From the NCBI RefSeq assembly GCF_034643695.2, contig NZ_CP141089.1: DNA of 32,000 bases. One strand, given 5' to 3'. This document shows, piece after piece, positions 11,612 through 20,228 of the stretch. The translations under genes and the position numbers were made by a program. Position 1 is the first letter of the stretch; each line of letters begins with the position of its first letter. The notes beneath the pieces were generated by a model, which was not told where the DNA came from, ran no database searches, and saw nothing but the letters and a program-made list of their open reading frames with translations.

Positions 11612-11757
11612 TTACAGCTCATAGGGTGTGACGACACTATCTCTCGTATTCCGCGTTACAACCTCAAGCTATGCCGCCAGTGCCTGTTTTGCCTCAATTT
11701 TCACACTGAGAAAATCGATAAGGATATCGATATCAAATAGCCAAATCTTTTTGCCAT
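11612..11757 (-). pseudogene. degraded PIN-domain (VapC-like) toxin remnant downstream of yiiF
   Basis: Minus-strand frame reads GKKIWLFDIDILIDFLSVKIEAKQALAA*LEVVTRNTRDSVVTPYEL*; an ATG overlaps the yiiF stop (TAATG); adding one A to the run of five (11748-11752) gives MAKKIWLFDIDILIDFL... Confidence 0.6.
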
Positions 11758-11975
11758 TACCATTCCTCGCGCAGCTTACGCTGGTATTCGACACCATCTT
11801 CCTCACTCCCTTGCCAGATGCCAAAAGCACTGGCTCTTGCTGTTTGCGATTGATTTACCAGGTATTGATCTACCGCTTCCCGTAATAGCTCCGCACGAGG
11901 AAGATTACGCTGCACCTCGAGATCATCAAGTTGCTTAAACAACTCATTCGATAAATTGAGTAAAATTCTGCCCAT
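11757..11975 (-). CDS. yiiF: ribbon-helix-helix (CopG/Arc-type) protein YiiF, 72 aa
   Basis: [42 protein letters not shown] fold signature. Confidence 0.85.
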   Translation of the reverse strand: MGRILLNLSNELFKQLDDLEVQRNLPRAELLREAVDQYLVNQSQTARASAFGIWQGSEEDGVEYQRKLREEW

Positions 11976-12090
11976 ATCTATACCTGCCAGAGAGTTCATA
12001 AATATCTCGCCAATATCATTTTTGAATCTATGGAGAGAAAAGTACCCTTGCCGAATCTTTAAAGAAAGCTTATTTACGCATCATTTTTTA

Positions 12091-12133
12091 TTTTTGCGAG
12101 GCGTTTTCCAGATATGATGTAACAGTTGCAGTT
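12091..12133 (-). repeat. copy 1 of duplicated element upstream of yiiF
   Basis: 22-nt tttttgcgaggcgttttccaga identical to 12530-12551, followed at identical spacing by gttgcagtt (12125-12133). Confidence 0.8.
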
Positions 12134-12217
12134 ATTATAAGTTCAAGTAAAACAGCCTTGTATTAATACCAGAATAAGGGCATCTGTTTTTTTATATTCA
12201 AGAATGAAAAATTTTTG

Positions 12218-12436
12218 TCATTCCTTATGCTCCTTACACTGATCATCAACACCAACTACCTCCCCCTTTTGCCTGCCACCCTTTGCTTTACGCACCGGGA
12301 ATTGCTGACGCTCCAGATATTGCTCTACCGCTTCGCGTAAAATTGCAGATCGTGAAACCTTACGCCAGCCCCGAAGCTTGTTCAGCCGTTTAATTGCCTC
12401 TTCTGATAAATGAAGAAAAACCGTATTCATCGCCAT
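12218..12436 (-). CDS. yiiE: ribbon-helix-helix (CopG-type) protein YiiE, 72 aa
   Basis: MAMNTVFLHLSEEAIKRLNKLRGWRKVSRSAILREAVEQYL. Confidence 0.85.
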   Translation of the reverse strand: MAMNTVFLHLSEEAIKRLNKLRGWRKVSRSAILREAVEQYLERQQFPVRKAKGGRQKGEVVGVDDQCKEHKE

Positions 12437-12529
12437 TACCACCACCTTACATATATTACTCATTAATGTATGTGCGAAAATTACGCCGGAAAATCATTTA
12501 AAAAAAGCGGATTTTTGCATGTTGTTTTG

Positions 12530-12572
12530 TTTTTGCGAGGCGTTTTCCAGAAATAATAAGAGCGTTGCAGTT
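12530..12572 (-). repeat. copy 2 of duplicated element upstream of yiiE
   Basis: Same 22-nt core plus gttgcagtt (12564-12572) with the same 12-nt spacing as copy 1. Confidence 0.8.
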
Positions 12573-12960
12573 GTTTCATTTATTACTCAAAAATGGTTTA
12601 GTTATCGCCCAAGATGAGTTATGGGTGCTATGAATATATTATATTCAGGGATATTTATTTTTTGATTGGATCTTTATTTGCATAATCTGAATGGTGTACC
12701 CGAAAAACGTCAGCATCCTAACAGCACCAGGATTTAAGGTGAAATTTAACATCCATCACAGACCGTTCAATGCTGCCACCAACCGGTCTTTACTTGCTCG
12801 TCGTTATAATTTTGTGGGTAACAGTTCGGGAAACAAGGAATTCCTTCCGGAACACCCCTGACATCATCCGCTAGCATTGTCGTCAATCATCGGCGCGACG
12901 ATGAGTTTTTTTAATCGCATCATAGGGTGGCAACGGTCAGCACGATACGGGTCATAGCAA

Positions 12961-13002
12961 AACTCCTGCACAGGCGGCCACTATGCCGCTTTCACAGGAG
13001 TT
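12961..13002. repeat. imperfect inverted repeat, 18-nt arms (14/18), 6-nt loop
   Basis: AACTCCTGCACAGGCGGC-CACTAT-GCCGCTTTCACAGGAGTT. Confidence 0.7.
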
Positions 13003-13131
13003 CTGAATGCTAGTGCTTTCTGTATGGCTTCGCTATGCCCCTCGCGGCTAAGCGCCTGCACACATCTCTCTTTGAATGTCATTTTTGCAATGCATTGTCC
13101 GAATTCTGATAATCCTAATGAGTTTTACCCG

Positions 13132-14946
13132 TCAGACTCCCATCCCTACGGTATACGAGCTAGATTCATGAATGAAATCGACATTTTTAAAAAACGAATC
13201 TTGTAAAACATCCGTGTTGATATTACCTTGCAACCCAACATTAAATTTGTTAGAGAGATGAAGAACTCGAATATCAAAAAGGTCTTTTAACATCATTAAT
13301 TCTTTGGCTGTTAATGAATCGCAGTTAAAATATCCCTGTTGATCAAAAAGATTTTCTATTTCTCCATCATCGGCGAGGCGTTTTTCAAAGAGTGTTTGCA
13401 ACATCGAGTTGCCAAGGACAATGGATATCGTGCGATCTTTCGCAGATTTACACCCCATCACAACGGCAACATTCGTATCCCCCTCAGGAGTTTCATTTAT
13501 CGCCGTCGATAAAATGGTGGTCAAACACGCAAACGGAACTGTATTTCTTTCGTGATTTAATTTATCTACCAGCTCATTCCATTTATCAAAAGCCGGGCGA
13601 TATTTGTTGCGCACAGAAGCATCCAACTGGGTAAACAATTGAGCCATGCGATTTTTTATCATCTCGATATCCGGAGAACCAGAAAGACTTTGCGCATAAT
13701 ACGGTCCTGATGATGTTGCATACATTAAAGCCGATCCCACGCCTGTCGCCATGATGGGCGCAGCTACGGTTTTGGCAAGGGCGACGCTGCGATGGCTATG
13801 CGCTTCACAGGCTAAAGGAACATATTCCACTGACTGCGGTAATTCCTTACATGCCTCCCTCATCATTGCGGTATGCTTTACAAACAACGGTTTTTCACTG
13901 CCCAAAAAAACTTTCTGCTTAATTGCACTAAGAAAACGTAAATCAAAAATGATTGTTTTTGGTTTATTATTTTTTGGCACATTTCCTATTATCCCGCTAA
14001 GAACCTTCCTTGCTGCATGGAGATTTTTTTGCACAGCACATAACACAATTGACGAAGCCTTCTCTACTGCGTTATTGATTTTAATTTTAAAATCTGCATG
14101 ATATACGTTGACGGGCAATGCAAGTATATCTTCCCCTACATCTTTGGCTGAGTATTTATTTGTGATCGACGGTCGTGAATCCACGAGAAAACTTAGCTGC
14201 AAATTATGCTCTATATTACCAGCTGTTTTTGTAGTGTGGTTAAACATAGAGATGCCACCTCTCATTCTTTCACACATATCCTCAACTTTTTCACTTCGTT
14301 CTTGTGGCAATTTGGCTTTAACGTTAATTTGATGATTTTTACCCGTGCATTCCTTAACTACAAGAGGAATGTTATCTAAAGTGCCATACAGGCTAATAAC
14401 GTCACCAGGATTTTTATCATGTAAGTAAGTTTGATTAATACTCGAAGCATTCACAAAGAGGTCAATATTATAACTGTTTATAACTTCACCTACATCAAAT
14501 GTGTAGTGCTTACTCTGGAGGCTGCCATCCTTATTTAATTGTATATCAATCAATATATCCCCGGACTTTGTCACCATATCTTTGCCATAAACCATTTGCA
14601 TAGCCATTTCGAGGAGATTTTTATCTAACTGATTGCGGGCGTTGAGTAAGCGACTACCAAATAATTTATATACTGTTCCCGTCATTGCCAGCGCTGCACT
14701 TTCTGGTACTTTGCGTTTCCACAGTGAGGTTTCTTTATTTTTAAACAGGTCATATTTATTATTACTCGACAACCCGAGTTTAAGTTCGTTAACACAATCG
14801 CACAGTTGCTCCTCACCTTCCATTTTAAGGCGATGTGAAAAATCATTTAATAGCGTTTGCTTCGGTGATTCATTACTCATTAGTTGTTTTTCTAAATTAA
14901 CAATAGAATAACTTTCTTGTTTAATGAGATTAATATTGGCAACCAT
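13132..14946 (-). CDS. putative INPP4/SopB/IpgD-type phosphoinositide phosphatase; candidate effector-like protein, ~604 aa
   Basis: Long ORF in AT-rich DNA; CX5R motif CKSAKDRT at 13429-13452; start assigned to MVANINLIKQ because ccGTGGGAAGGAGGctgta lies directly upstream of that ATG. Confidence 0.65.
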   Translation of the reverse strand: MVANINLIKQESYSIVNLEKQLMSNESPKQTLLNDFSHRLKMEGEEQLCDCVNELKLGLSSNNKYDLFKNKETSLWKRKVPESAALAMTGTVYKLFGSRLLNARNQLDKNLLEMAMQMVYGKDMVTKSGDILIDIQLNKDGSLQSKHYTFDVGEVINSYNIDLFVNASSINQTYLHDKNPGDVISLYGTLDNIPLVVKECTGKNHQINVKAKLPQERSEKVEDMCERMRGGISMFNHTTKTAGNIEHNLQLSFLVDSRPSITNKYSAKDVGEDILALPVNVYHADFKIKINNAVEKASSIVLCAVQKNLHAARKVLSGIIGNVPKNNKPKTIIFDLRFLSAIKQKVFLGSEKPLFVKHTAMMREACKELPQSVEYVPLACEAHSHRSVALAKTVAAPIMATGVGSALMYATSSGPYYAQSLSGSPDIEMIKNRMAQLFTQLDASVRNKYRPAFDKWNELVDKLNHERNTVPFACLTTILSTAINETPEGDTNVAVVMGCKSAKDRTISIVLGNSMLQTLFEKRLADDGEIENLFDQQGYFNCDSLTAKELMMLKDLFDIRVLHLSNKFNVGLQGNINTDVLQDSFFKNVDFIHESSSYTVGMGV

Positions 14947-15361
14947 TACAGCCTCCTTCCCACGGTTTAAGAGCAAACATGCCACATAATTATTTACAAC
15001 ATCCAGAAGCAGTAAATGAATGATACTGACAATGACGCCAATCCATTATCTTTGCATAATGTTTGTTAGCTATAGATTTTAAAAATATTTATGAGAAAAG
15101 TATGGCACCAGAGGGGGTTTTGACTATCAAAAATCGCTCAAACATGAACTAAGATGATGAATTAAGCATTATCAGCGATAATTGCCACTCAGCTCTACAA
15201 ATAATATTTAAATGCTCCTGAACAGTGATGTAGCAAGACACGTATGGTGCCAACGAAGAATAAAAATTTATAGAGTTCTTATTCAATATAACCGGAATAG
15301 TCAGAGACTGAAGTAAATGACCTGAAAGAATGAGAGAGGCAGCACCGCCCCTCTCCATCAG

Positions 15362-16351
15362 CTACTCTTCTTCGTTCCCGCCCTCTTCATACGGGCCAAA
15401 TGGCTTCGCGGGCAGAACGATATACGTGCCTTCAAACACTGCACCCAGCGTCTCGTCGCCAAAGATTTCGACCTGCATTTGTACCCGCGCTTTGCGCCCG
15501 CGCGCCAGACGGTCGAGATCGCCGCTTAAGGCACCGAGGTCGGCTACCGCATGAGGTTTACCGCTAATCGGCTTGCTGTAGCGGATATGCGCATCCGCAA
15601 GAATAATCGTTCCGCCGAGGTGCCGTTCACGCAGCATCAGCCAGATAAGCCCCCAACCGGTGAGCGTCGCCAGTGAGAATAAACTCCCGGCAAACAACGT
15701 GTGGTGCGGATTCTGATTGCCGGTTTCCGGCATGGTGGTGATAAATTTTTGCCCGGTATATTGCTGAATGCGCACGCCCATTTTTTCACTTAGCGGGATA
15801 TGTTCGTACCACGCCTGTTGCAGCTGCGCGCACCAGTCGCCGCGATGCAGAATGTCATCCAGAGTGGCGACAGGTTTTATCATCAAAAAATGGCGAATCG
15901 GCGTGGTGGTTGGCGTGGTGATCTCCCCTTGATTGACAAACCCCAGCTTGGCGAAAAACTCCACCGCGTCTTCACGGGCGCTACAGGTCACGCGCTTAAC
16001 GCCTTCCTGACGCGCCACCGACTCCAGGGTCATCGCCATCAGCGTTCCTAACCCTTTGTCCTGCACGTCGGGATGAACGGCCATAAAGCGAATGGACGCT
16101 TCATTGTCGGCATTAATATACAGTCGGCCTACCGCCACCAGATTACCCTGCTCGTCGACGACCATCTGGTGATGCGCCATCGCATCCCACGCGTCGCGTT
16201 CCGAACCTTTCGGTTGATGCAGGGGCTTACGCAACATTTCCCAGCGAAACTGATAGTAACGCTCTAATTCTTCTTCTGTTTGTGGAACCCGAAGGTGATA
16301 CATAGCGATACTCTCTCTTGTTTCCCGTGACAACCCTGGAAGCTGGCTCAT
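15362..16351 (-). CDS. yiiD: GNAT N-acetyltransferase fused to a thioesterase/hotdog domain (YiiD; also called FabY/MadA), 329 aa
   Basis: [41 protein letters not shown]; GNAT core [15 protein letters not shown]; C-terminal [20 protein letters not shown] hotdog. Confidence 0.93.
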
Positions 16352-16785
16352 ACCTGCAACCAGAATGTCACGGGGCCATCATTGACCAGCGATACCTGCA
16401 TATCCGCAGCGAAGCGTCCTGTTTGCGTGTTCATCTCTTGCTGACGGCAGCGTTCGACGAAATAGTCATATAACGCCTCTGCGCGATCCGGTGATGCACC
16501 TTTGGAGAAACTTGGACGCATCCCCCGTTCGGTATCTGCGGCAAGGGTAAACTGGGAAACCACCAGTACACTGCCGCCCGCCTGTTGCACGTTGAGATTC
16601 ATCTTGCCTTCGGCATCGCTAAAGATGCGGTAGCCGAGCACACGCTCGCACAGACGGTTTGCTTTCTGTTCGTCGTCATCCTTTTCGACACCCAATAACA
16701 CCAAAAGTCCCGCGCCAATTTCGCCCGTCACTTCTCCCTCCACGGTGACGCTGGCACGGGTTACGCGTTGAATTAATGCAATCAT
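16348..16785 (-). CDS. dtd: D-aminoacyl-tRNA deacylase, 145 aa
   Basis: [37 protein letters not shown]; [21 protein letters not shown] motifs. Confidence 0.97.
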
Positions 16786-17654
16786 GGTTCGTCGTCTTCT
16801 TCTTGTTCAGCAGCTTGTTTTAATTTGCGGTATTCCCCGAGAGTGACAGTAATTTCCGCGCCAAGCAAGACGATACACCATGTCCAGTAGACCCAAACAA
16901 AGAGAATGGGGATCACCGCCAGCACGCCGTAAATGAGCTGATATGACGGGAACATGGTGATATAAAGCGCGAAACCTTTCTTTCCTGCTTCGAACAGGAG
17001 TGCAGCGACAAACGCGCCGACAATCGCGTCGCGGTTAGGTACGCGGATGGTAGGAACAATGCTGTACAGCAACCAGAAGGAGATCCACGACAACAGCAGC
17101 GGAAAAATACGCAGCACGTTGTCGATGACAGTATTGAGATCGCTCGCCCAGCGCAGGGAGAGCAAATAGGAACTGATCGCCAGACTGGCCCCTGCCAGCA
17201 GCGGCCCCAGCGTTAAAATCATCCAGTACACGGCGAACGAGTAAATTTTTGGTCGAGCTCGTTTACTGCGCCAGATGGTATTCAACGCGCTATCGATGGA
17301 GTACATCAACAATAACGCGGTGACGATCAGCCCGCACGCCCCAACGGCGGTCATCTTGTTGGAATTGGCAACAAATTGTTCGATATACCGCTGAATAACA
17401 TCGCCAGTAGCAGGCAGAAAGTTGGCAAAAATAAAGTGACGCAACTGAATGCTGACGTCGGAAAACATGGGAAAAGCGGCGAAAAGCGCAAAAACAACGG
17501 CAACCAGCGGCACTAATGAGAGCAACGACACATAGGCAAGGTTACCTGCCAAGGTAGTCATGTTGTCCTCATCAATGCGTTGCCAGAGTAGTTTTAGCCA
17601 GGCCCATAGTGGACGGGTACGGTGCCTGGCTTTGTCCTGAATGGTTTTTAGCAT
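16782..17654 (-). CDS. yihY: YihY, BrkB-family inner membrane protein, 290 aa
   Basis: [49 protein letters not shown]; multi-TM. Confidence 0.95.
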
Positions 17655-18247
17655 AACACCTTCGCGAAATAGCCCGGGATGGTGGTTTTATCTTTCACCA
17701 GAATGCTGGTAATGCCTAGCTGATTAGCTCCTTCTATATTATCGGCGTTATCGTCGAAAAAGACCGTATCGCTGGGTGAAAAACCTTCCGCCTGCAAAAC
17801 ATGCTGGTAAATTCGTGCTTCAGGTTTGCGCATCCCCAGATCTTGCGACAGATAGATATGGTCAGCAGCATCACGAATTTCCGGGTATTCTTCCGGCCAG
17901 AAGGTGGTATGCAGGCGGTTGGTATTGGAAAGCACCACCACGCGATGCCCCTGCTCACGCAGTTTATGCATGATGGCGATCACTTCCGGGCGCAGCGCAA
18001 CAAACACCGCCTGCCAGCCGTGAGAGAACTGCTCATAGCTTAGCGGTAGAGCCATCTCATGACACAGCGCCTCTGCGAACGCTTCGTCGCTAATTTCCCC
18101 ACGCTCATGCTGATGAAACGCCTCGCCCATGTGGAAACTCTTCTTAAGCGTAGCCAGTGGAACACGCGTTAAATCGCTCCAGGCACCCAGCACACGGTTA
18201 AAGTCGATATCGACAATCACATTACCTAAATCAAAGATATAGAGCAT
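17648..18247 (-). CDS. yihX: HAD-like alpha-D-glucose-1-phosphate phosphatase, 199 aa (start MLYIFDLG)
   Basis: [44 protein letters not shown] motifs. Confidence 0.95.
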
Positions 18248-18345
18248 TTTTGCCTCCTTTCGCGCCACAAGAAATTAACTGTAGCGGGAAAGGATAGGTT
18301 TGGCTATGTGGTCAGGTATGAAGCAAGGTCAACGGTCACAAAATT

Positions 18346-19131
18346 CTACGCGTCTTCCTGGGGAAGGATGATTTCAATTTGGCTGTCTTGTAAGCGTGAT
18401 TTTAGCGCAGCGGGCGGCAGCTCGTCGGTAAAGAGCGCAGTGACCTGTGCCACGTTACCAATTTCAACCGCCGCCGAAGCATGATACTTAGTGTGATCGG
18501 CGACCAGCAGAATATTTCTCGCGTGCGCCATCATCGTTTTCACCACGTTAGCTTCGTTTACATCAAACTCCATCAACGCGCCATCGCTCTCAATCGCCCC
18601 AACGCTTGTTACCAGATAATCAGCACGAAAATCAGCCACAAAGGACGCCGCTGAAGGGCCAATGATCCCGCTATTATGAGAGCGCAACGTACCGCCGGGC
18701 ACCATCACTTCAAAGCGCGGGTTGTGGTAAAGAATATGCGCCACACGCAGGCTGTTGGTGATTATCCGCAAATGATTGTGGTTAAGTAACGCCCGGGCGA
18801 CATGTTCAACGGTCGTACCAATGGTGATAAATATTGTTGAACCATCAGGAATATAGTCTGCCACCGCTTCGGCAATCGCTTTTTTCTCTTCAGTTTGCGA
18901 AACCTCACGCTGCTCAAACGCCGTATTAACGACGCTGGAGGCCCGACCCGCGCCACCGTGATGGCGCGTGATCAGCCCTTGCTCGCTTAATTTACGAATA
19001 TCCCGGCGGACCGTCTGCGTGGAGACATCCAGCAGATTTGCCAGCTCATCAATATTCATATACCCACGCTCGGCGATCAGCATGAGGAGTTGGTCGTGCC
19101 GCGGGTTACCGGTTAGTTCGGTAAGGCTCAT
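18346..19131 (-). CDS. csqR (yihW): DeoR-family regulator of sulfoquinovose genes, 261 aa
   Basis: MSLTELTGNPRHDQLLMLIAERGYMNIDELANLLDVSTQTVRRDIRKLSEQG DeoR HTH. Confidence 0.94.
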   Translation of the reverse strand: MSLTELTGNPRHDQLLMLIAERGYMNIDELANLLDVSTQTVRRDIRKLSEQGLITRHHGGAGRASSVVNTAFEQREVSQTEEKKAIAEAVADYIPDGSTIFITIGTTVEHVARALLNHNHLRIITNSLRVAHILYHNPRFEVMVPGGTLRSHNSGIIGPSAASFVADFRADYLVTSVGAIESDGALMEFDVNEANVVKTMMAHARNILLVADHTKYHASAAVEIGNVAQVTALFTDELPPAALKSRLQDSQIEIILPQEDA

Positions 19132-19164
19132 GAAAATTCCTCGAAAAACCATCACCCTGGCATT

Positions 19165-20061
19165 TTATACAAAAAGTGACAAAAAAGATCGGGTTTGATC
19201 ACAGTCAGGGATCCCGGCTCGTCCACCGGGACGCGTGCATTTCAACGCCGCTACACCGCTGGCGAAGCGGACTGACTCCGCTAAATCCCCATCTGTTGCC
19301 AGCGCCACCGCCAATGCGCCGTGAAAAACATCACCCGCACCGGTGGTATCTACCACATCAACTTTGAAGGCCGGTTGATGTTGACGTCCGCCATTTTCCA
19401 GCCAGTCACAGCCGGCACTCCCCTGGGTCACATAGACATGACCATTTGTGAGCGTTTGTGCCTGTTTTAGCGCACTGGCCATCTCTTTCACGCCCGTTAA
19501 GCGCGCCAGACCCGGTTCTGAAAAGGCCGCGTGATCGCTTAATGCCACCAGCTCGCTGATATCCTGCGGCGTAATGTCCCCGTCCAGAACAGTCATCACG
19601 CCCGCCTGCCGGGCCAGAGTGAAGGCTTTTTTAGCACCGTCGTGCCAGCGTACATCTGCCAGCACAACATCCCACTGAGAGAAATCAATTTCCTCCAACC
19701 ACTCTGCGTCAGGCAGCAGATCCGGGCTGGGGTAGTTAATGATTATCCGCTCGCCTTTGGCATCCACCATGATGGCGGATTGCGAAGATTTCGCCTGGTT
19801 ATACCGTTTGGTGTAACGGGTGTTAACGCCCCAGGATTCCAGCTCTGCCAGCAGGCTGTTGCCCGTGTCGTCATCACCTACGCGACCAATAAAATCAACC
19901 TGCGCCCCCAGCCTTGCCGCCGCAACCGCTGCCGTCGCCGCTGGCCCGCCACCAACTTCCGTATAATTTCTCGCCACGTATTTACCGCTCTCCGTCGGTA
20001 ATCCTTCCACGTAATAAATACGATCCATCACGGTAATACCTACACAAGCAACACGAATCAT
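19165..20061 (-). CDS. yihV: 6-deoxy-6-sulfofructose kinase, PfkB family, 298 aa
   Basis: MIRVACVGITVMDRIYYVEGLPTESGKYVA; DTTGAGDVFHGALA. Confidence 0.94.
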   Translation of the reverse strand: MIRVACVGITVMDRIYYVEGLPTESGKYVARNYTEVGGGPAATAAVAAARLGAQVDFIGRVGDDDTGNSLLAELESWGVNTRYTKRYNQAKSSQSAIMVDAKGERIIINYPSPDLLPDAEWLEEIDFSQWDVVLADVRWHDGAKKAFTLARQAGVMTVLDGDITPQDISELVALSDHAAFSEPGLARLTGVKEMASALKQAQTLTNGHVYVTQGSAGCDWLENGGRQHQPAFKVDVVDTTGAGDVFHGALAVALATDGDLAESVRFASGVAALKCTRPGGRAGIPDCDQTRSFLSLFV

Positions 20062-20114
20062 GGTCATTCCTTAAGCATTTTGGGATGCGTTCATTTTAAT
20101 TTCACCAATTGTTT

Positions 20115-20205
20115 AAAAAGTGACGGCTGTCAATTTTTTGACGATAAATTACAAATACGATCAAAAACAGACAAGCAAAGCATGTCATAAATGACAAAAA
20201 GTGAC
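20115..20205. promoter_or_regulatory. divergent yihV/yihU promoter region with candidate CsqR operator repeats
   Basis: aaaaagtgac at 20115-20124 and 20196-20205 plus further TGAC/TGTCA half-sites (tgtcaattttttgacg, catgtcataaatgacaaaaagtgacatca). Confidence 0.55.
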
Positions 20206-20228
20206 ATCACTGTATTCAGGAGAGGGTT

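Noticed and set aside
11628-11885. 85-aa plus-strand ORF overlapping yiiF
   Set aside because: Antisense to yiiF and the PIN remnant; low complexity, no domain recognised
12464-13131. Possible insertion-sequence or small toxin (hok/ldr-like) remnant in the non-coding flank
   Set aside because: I could not identify a transposase fragment, terminal repeats with target duplication, or a recognisable small hydrophobic peptide
13751-14332. Plus-strand ORFs opposite the phosphatase-like gene
   Set aside because: Short, overlapping a single long minus-strand ORF that has a strong Shine-Dalgarno and a catalytic motif
15149-15358. 69-aa minus-strand ORF upstream of the phosphatase-like gene, considered as a possible chaperone
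   Set aside because: Too short and with no acidic amphipathic character; no clear ribosome site. Effector chaperones are usually ~110-150 aa
20115-20205. Possible CRISPR-like short repeats in the yihV/yihU spacer
   Set aside because: Only two short 10-mers with AT-rich surroundings and no unique spacers of uniform length; regulator half-sites explain it better
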